From Candidatus Methylomirabilia bacterium (GTDB lineage: Bacteria; Methylomirabilota; Methylomirabilia; Rokubacteriales; CSP1-6), in NCBI GenBank assembly GCA_041492755.1, contig JBGPXN010000003.1, positions 3,800 through 67,799 on the forward strand: a stretch of 64,000 bases of DNA, written 5' to 3'. Under the pieces are notes generated by a model. It did not search any database. It was not told the origin of the DNA and saw only the letters and a program-made list of their open reading frames with translations. This document shows positions 59,996 to 64,000 of the stretch, piece by piece (the first letter of the stretch is position 1; each line of letters begins with the position of its first letter). A program made the translations under genes and the position numbers.

Positions 59996-60949
59996 ATGAA
60001 GTCCCCACTGCTCGTCATCGCCGGTCCCACCGGTGTCGGCAAGACCGCCACCGCGTTGGCCCTGGCCGGGCGATGGCCCCTCGAGGTCGTCAGCGCCGAC
60101 TCCCGCCAGGTCTATCGCGGCATGGACGTCGCCACCGGCAAGCCAACGCACGCGGAACGGCGCTCGGTCCCGCACCATTTGGTGGACGTGGCCGACCCCG
60201 ACGACGTCTACCACGCGGCCCGGTTCGCGCGCGAGGCGCATGCCGCCATCGCGGGGATCCGCGCGCGCGGGCGGCTGCCGGCCGTGGTGGGCGGGACCGG
60301 CTTGTACATCCGGGCCCTCGTGCGGGGGTTCGATCCGGCGCCGCCGGCCGATCCGGCGTTTCGCCGCGAGTTGGAGGCGCTCGTCGCGCGCGACGGCTCG
60401 CCGGCGTTGCACGCCCGGCTCGCGCGCGAGGCGCCATCGCTGGCGCGGCGACTGCATCCAAACGACCGTGTGCGCCTGGTGCGAGCGCTCGAGCTCGTCC
60501 GCGCGGGCAGCCCCGTGGGTGACGCGCGTGTGCGCTGGCAGGGCGAGGCGGACTTCGACGTGGTGGCCGTCGGCCTGACGCTCGAGCGCGCGGAGCTGGG
60601 ACGCCGGCTCCGCGACCGCGCGGCCGCGATGGTTGCCGCGGGACTGGAAGACGAGGTGCGCGCGCTCCTGGCGCACGGCTACGACCCATCGCTGCCCGCC
60701 ATGGGCGGGATCGGCTATCGCGACTTCGCGGGCGTGGTTCGCGGCGAGGGGACTCGTCAGGAAGCGCTGGGGCGGATGCAGCGCGACACCGTGCGCTACG
60801 CCAAGCGCCAGTGGACCTGGTTCGCGCGCGAGCCCGGACTGCAGTGGCTCGACGTCGCGATCGCCGGTGGTCCGGAGGGCGCCGCGGCGGTGATCCAGTC
60901 CCGGCTGCGCGCGCACGGGTGGACGCCGGCCACACGGGAGACGGCGTGA
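59996..60949 (+). CDS. miaA: tRNA dimethylallyltransferase
   Basis: P-loop GPTGVGKT and DSRQVYRGMDVATGKP. Confidence 0.93.
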   Translation: MKSPLLVIAGPTGVGKTATALALAGRWPLEVVSADSRQVYRGMDVATGKPTHAERRSVPHHLVDVADPDDVYHAARFAREAHAAIAGIRARGRLPAVVGGTGLYIRALVRGFDPAPPADPAFRRELEALVARDGSPALHARLAREAPSLARRLHPNDRVRLVRALELVRAGSPVGDARVRWQGEADFDVVAVGLTLERAELGRRLRDRAAAMVAAGLEDEVRALLAHGYDPSLPAMGGIGYRDFAGVVRGEGTRQEALGRMQRDTVRYAKRQWTWFAREPGLQWLDVAIAGGPEGAAAVIQSRLRAHGWTPATRETA

Positions 60950-62217
60950 GTCGCCCTAACGACCACGGCCGGGGCGGGTCGACCGCGGCGGTCCGCGAGC
61001 GCGCAGTCGTCGCCGCCCTGCGCCTGCCGACGCAGCGACGCTTCGAAGTGGAAGAGTCGCTCGACGAGCTGGCCGCGCTGGCGGTCGCGGCCGGGGCGAC
61101 GGTCGTCCATCGAGCGATCCAGGAGCGGCCGTCGCCGACGCCCGGGCTCTACTTCGGTCGCGGCAAGGTGGAGGAGCTGGCGGAGACGGCGCGCGCGCAG
61201 GGCGCGAACCTCATCATCTGCGACGATCCGCTCTCGCCCATCCAGGAGCGGAACATCTCCAAGGCGACCGGGTTGAAAGTCATCGACCGGACCGCGCTCA
61301 TCCTGGACATCTTCGCGCAGCGTGCCCGCACCAGCGAGGGCAAGCTCCAGGTCGAGCTCGCCCAGCTCACCTACCTGCTCCCGCGACTGGTCGGCCAGTG
61401 GACCCACCTCGAGCGTCTCGGCGGTGGTATCGGCACCCGCGGACCGGGTGAGACCCAGCTCGAATCCGACCGGCGCGTGATCCGCCGGCGGGTCGAGCGG
61501 ATCCGGGCCGAGCTGGGGCGCGTGCAGGTCCACCGGCGCCTACAGCGCAAGGGACGCCGCCGCCTGGGGCTGCCCGTGGTGGCGCTGGTCGGCTACACGA
61601 ATGCTGGCAAGACCACGCTTTTGAACCGACTCACCGGCGCCAGCTTCACCGCCGCGGACCAGCTCTTCGTGACCCTCGATCCGGCGGCGCGCCGCGTGAA
61701 CGGCGCGGGTCGCCATCCGTTCATCCTCACCGACACCGTCGGCTTCATCCGCAAGCTGCCGCACCAGCTGGTCGCGGCCTTCCGCGCCACCCTCGAGGAG
61801 CTCGCCGACGCTGACGTGCTGCTCCACGTGGTCGACGCCAGCCACCCGGCGCTCGACGAGCACATGGCGGCGGTGGCGGCGATGCTCCGCGAGCTCGAGG
61901 TCGCCGACCGCCTGACCGTGCTCGTGCTGAACAAGGTCGACAAGCTCGAGCATCCGCCGATCGGGCCGCTGGCTCGCGACGGCGTGTCGGTGTCGGCCGC
62001 GACGGGGGAGGGCCTCGAGGCGCTGCGCGACGCCATCGACGAGGCGCTGCGCCTGCACACCGCCGTCCTTCGGATCCCCCACGCCGACGGCGGCGCGCTG
62101 GCGCTGTGCTACGCGCGCGGCCGCGTGCTCGCGCGCAGCGAGGAGGACGGGTACGTGCGGCTCGAGGTCGAGCTGCCGCCCGCGGCGCTCGGCCGGCTGG
62201 CCGCCTACCGCGCCTAA
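60946..62217 (+). CDS. hflX: GTPase HflX
   Basis: The GTG at 60946 overlaps the miaA stop. An HflX N-domain is followed by G motifs GYTNAGKTTL, DTVGF and NKVD. Confidence 0.92.
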   Translation: MSRPNDHGRGGSTAAVRERAVVAALRLPTQRRFEVEESLDELAALAVAAGATVVHRAIQERPSPTPGLYFGRGKVEELAETARAQGANLIICDDPLSPIQERNISKATGLKVIDRTALILDIFAQRARTSEGKLQVELAQLTYLLPRLVGQWTHLERLGGGIGTRGPGETQLESDRRVIRRRVERIRAELGRVQVHRRLQRKGRRRLGLPVVALVGYTNAGKTTLLNRLTGASFTAADQLFVTLDPAARRVNGAGRHPFILTDTVGFIRKLPHQLVAAFRATLEELADADVLLHVVDASHPALDEHMAAVAAMLRELEVADRLTVLVLNKVDKLEHPPIGPLARDGVSVSAATGEGLEALRDAIDEALRLHTAVLRIPHADGGALALCYARGRVLARSEEDGYVRLEVELPPAALGRLAAYRA

Positions 62218-62224
62218 CCCCCGG

Positions 62225-62233
62225 TGCTAGACT
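62225..62233 (+). promoter_or_regulatory. Putative extended -10 element TGcTAGACT upstream of pgsA
   Basis: TGCTAGACT at 62225-62233, 11 nt before the ATG at 62245. It shares the core with the rodZ (GCTAGACT) and ihfB (TGCTAGGGT) upstream motifs. Confidence 0.35.
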
Positions 62234-62244
62234 GGGGCATCCAC

Positions 62245-62817
62245 ATGGGGCTCGCGAACTGGCTCACCCTGCTCCGGATCATGCTCATCCCGGTGATCGT
62301 GTCGCTGCTCGTCTACCGCCGGCCGTGGGCCGCGCTCCTCGTCTTCTGCGCCGCCGCGGTGACCGACCTCCTCGACGGCTACGTGGCGCGCACGCGTGGT
62401 ATCCAAAGCCGACTCGGCGCATTCCTCGACCCGACGGCGGACAAGCTGCTGCTCACCGCGTGCTTCATGACGCTGACGTACCTCAAGGCGATCCCGTTCT
62501 GGATCACCGCGGTCGTGATCACCCGCGACGTCATGCAGGTGGTGGGCGTGCTGCTGATCCAGATGGTGGGCGCCCGTATCGAGCCGCGCCCGACGTGGGC
62601 GGGGAAGATGGCGACCTTTTTCCAGATCCTCACCGTGCTGAGCGGGCTGCTGACGCTGGCCTTCCGCTGGCGGCTCTCGTTCAACCCCGTGCTCTGGCTG
62701 GCCGCCGGCTTCACGATCGTGTCGTTCCTGCAGTACATCGCGATCGGCATGCGTTTCCTGAACGCGGCGAACGCCGACGAGCGCGACGAGTCGCATGAGC
62801 CGACGTTCCTCCGCTGA
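62245..62817 (+). CDS. pgsA: CDP-diacylglycerol--glycerol-3-phosphate 3-phosphatidyltransferase
   Basis: CDP-alcohol phosphatidyltransferase motif DLLDGYVARTRGIQSRLGAFLDPTADK. The N-terminus MGLANWLTLLRI fits the ATG at 62245 (alternative GTG at 62224). Confidence 0.88.
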   Translation: MGLANWLTLLRIMLIPVIVSLLVYRRPWAALLVFCAAAVTDLLDGYVARTRGIQSRLGAFLDPTADKLLLTACFMTLTYLKAIPFWITAVVITRDVMQVVGVLLIQMVGARIEPRPTWAGKMATFFQILTVLSGLLTLAFRWRLSFNPVLWLAAGFTIVSFLQYIAIGMRFLNAANADERDESHEPTFLR

Positions 62818-64000
62818 GCCCTCGCCGGACAATCCTCACGCGCTCCGACTGAGCGCCGGCGGCTGCGCGGAGTCCGGGACGCCCGCCGCGGACGCGCCGG
62901 GCGTCGTGGTGGCGGCGGTGCGGCGGGGATCGGCGGCCGCGGAGGCCGGGCTCACCGTGGGTGACCGCATCCTCGAGATCAACGGGCGCGGGTTGCGCGA
63001 CGCGATCGATTTTCAGTTCTACGCCGCCGACGAGCGCTTGCGGCTCACGGTCGAGCGGGCCGGGCGGGCGCGTCCGTTCGTGATGGCGGTGCAGCCGCCG
63101 CCGGGCGGGCTCGGGCTCGGCCTCGAGCTCGAGCCGCCGCGGCCGCGCGACATCGCCACCTGCAGCAACAAGTGCGTGTTCTGCTTCATCCACCAGAACC
63201 CGCGCGGCCTGCGGCGCAGCCTGTACGTCAAGGACGACGACTTCCGGCTCTCGTTCCTGCACGGCAACTACATCACGCTCACCGACCTGGACGAGGCCGC
63301 GCTCGCCCGCATCGTCGAGCAGCGCCTGTCGCCGCTCTACGTTTCCGTGCACGCCACCGACCCCGACCTGCGTCACGAGCTCCTCGGACGCCCCCGCCAC
63401 TCCGCCGACATCCTTCCGCGGCTGCGACGTCTCGCCCAGGCGGGGATCCGCATGCACGCGCAGGTCGTGCTGTGTCCCGACCTCAACGACGGCGCCCAGC
63501 TCGAACGGACCGTCTTCGAGCTCGTGCCCCTGCATCCGCAGATCACCACCGTCGCGGTGGTACCGGTCGGCTTGACCCGACATCGCGAGCGCCTGCCCCA
63601 GCTCCGGACGCTCGAGACGGCGGAGGCGCGCGCGCTCGTGAGCACCGTGGAGGGCTGGCAGGCGCAGCTTCACGCGCGACTGGGTACCCGGTTCGTGTTC
63701 CTGGCGGACGAGGTCTACCTGCTCGCGGGAGTCGCGTTGCCCGAGTCCGACGCGTACGAAGGCTTCCCCGTCATCGAGGACGGCGTCGGCCTCGTGCGAC
63801 GGTTCGAGGACGATTTCGCCCGGACCCTCGCCCGCCGTCGGCGCACCGCGGAAGCGGCGACGCCGGTGACCGTCGTGACGGGCGAGATGTACGCGCCGAG
63901 GCTGGAGCGCTTGCTCGCCGACGTGCCGGGCGCGCGCGCGCAGGTTGCGGCCGTTCCCAACGAGTTCTACGGCCGGGGTATCGGTGTCGCGGGACTGCTG
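62795..64000 (+). CDS. PDZ domain / radical-SAM-like protein (DUF512 family), 3' end outside the window
   Basis: This open frame is not in the track because it has no stop before 64000. Its sequence reads MSRRSSAEPS..., a PDZ-like LTVGDRILEING, the Cys cluster CSNKCVFCF, then SVHATDPDLR and NEFYGRGIGVAGLL. Confidence 0.8.
   Translation, partial: MSRRSSAEPSPDNPHALRLSAGGCAESGTPAADAPGVVVAAVRRGSAAAEAGLTVGDRILEINGRGLRDAIDFQFYAADERLRLTVERAGRARPFVMAVQPPPGGLGLGLELEPPRPRDIATCSNKCVFCFIHQNPRGLRRSLYVKDDDFRLSFLHGNYITLTDLDEAALARIVEQRLSPLYVSVHATDPDLRHELLGRPRHSADILPRLRRLAQAGIRMHAQVVLCPDLNDGAQLERTVFELVPLHPQITTVAVVPVGLTRHRERLPQLRTLETAEARALVSTVEGWQAQLHARLGTRFVFLADEVYLLAGVALPESDAYEGFPVIEDGVGLVRRFEDDFARTLARRRRTAEAATPVTVVTGEMYAPRLERLLADVPGARAQVAAVPNEFYGRGIGVAGLL

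Overview
High-GC (about 70% by eye, not computed) chromosome segment from a diderm, LPS-making bacterium. I call 57 protein-coding genes, all on the + strand. With my start choices, 33 of 56 junctions are start/stop overlaps (22 are 4-nt ATGA/GTGA/TTGA type) and only 6 gaps exceed 50 nt. The content is core housekeeping:
- recN-secA, then smc.
- rodZ-ftsY-ribD-ribE-ribBA-ribH-nusB.
- A metallophosphoesterase, then lnt-prfB-lysS-lolC/E-lolD, then clpC.
- A ~20 kb outer-membrane/LPS block: bamA-skp-lpxD-lpxA-oxidoreductase-lpxI-lpxB-DUF374-waaA-lpxK, two GT9 heptosyltransferases, four group-1 and one GT2 glycosyltransferase, gmhB-hldA-hldC.
- trpS-scpA-scpB-rluB, pheA-hisC-tyrA, cmk-plsC-rpsA-sppA.
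- ihfB-HIT-mutS-mutL-miaA-hflX-pgsA and a 3'-truncated PDZ/radical-SAM (DUF512) gene.
I saw no rRNA, tRNA, CRISPR, transposase, integrase, phage or recognisable defence or toxin genes. The long minus-strand ORFs in the track are mirror-frame artefacts of high GC. I do not find a convincing novel multi-gene protein system; this looks like an ordinary core region. The items most worth follow-up are:
1. A two-copy GC-rich double-palindrome repeat. Each copy starts exactly 2 nt after a stop codon, and one copy supplies the only canonical start codons of scpB.
2. A 126-nt structured element between rluB and pheA.
3. A Cys-rich zinc-ribbon ORF translationally coupled to secA.
4. A GnnA-like oxidoreductase inside the lipid A cluster.
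5. The prfB +1 frameshift, which the ORF track splits.
6. A recurrent TGnTAG/CTAG motif in front of genes that follow gaps.
All product calls come from motif and family recognition by eye. No database search was run.
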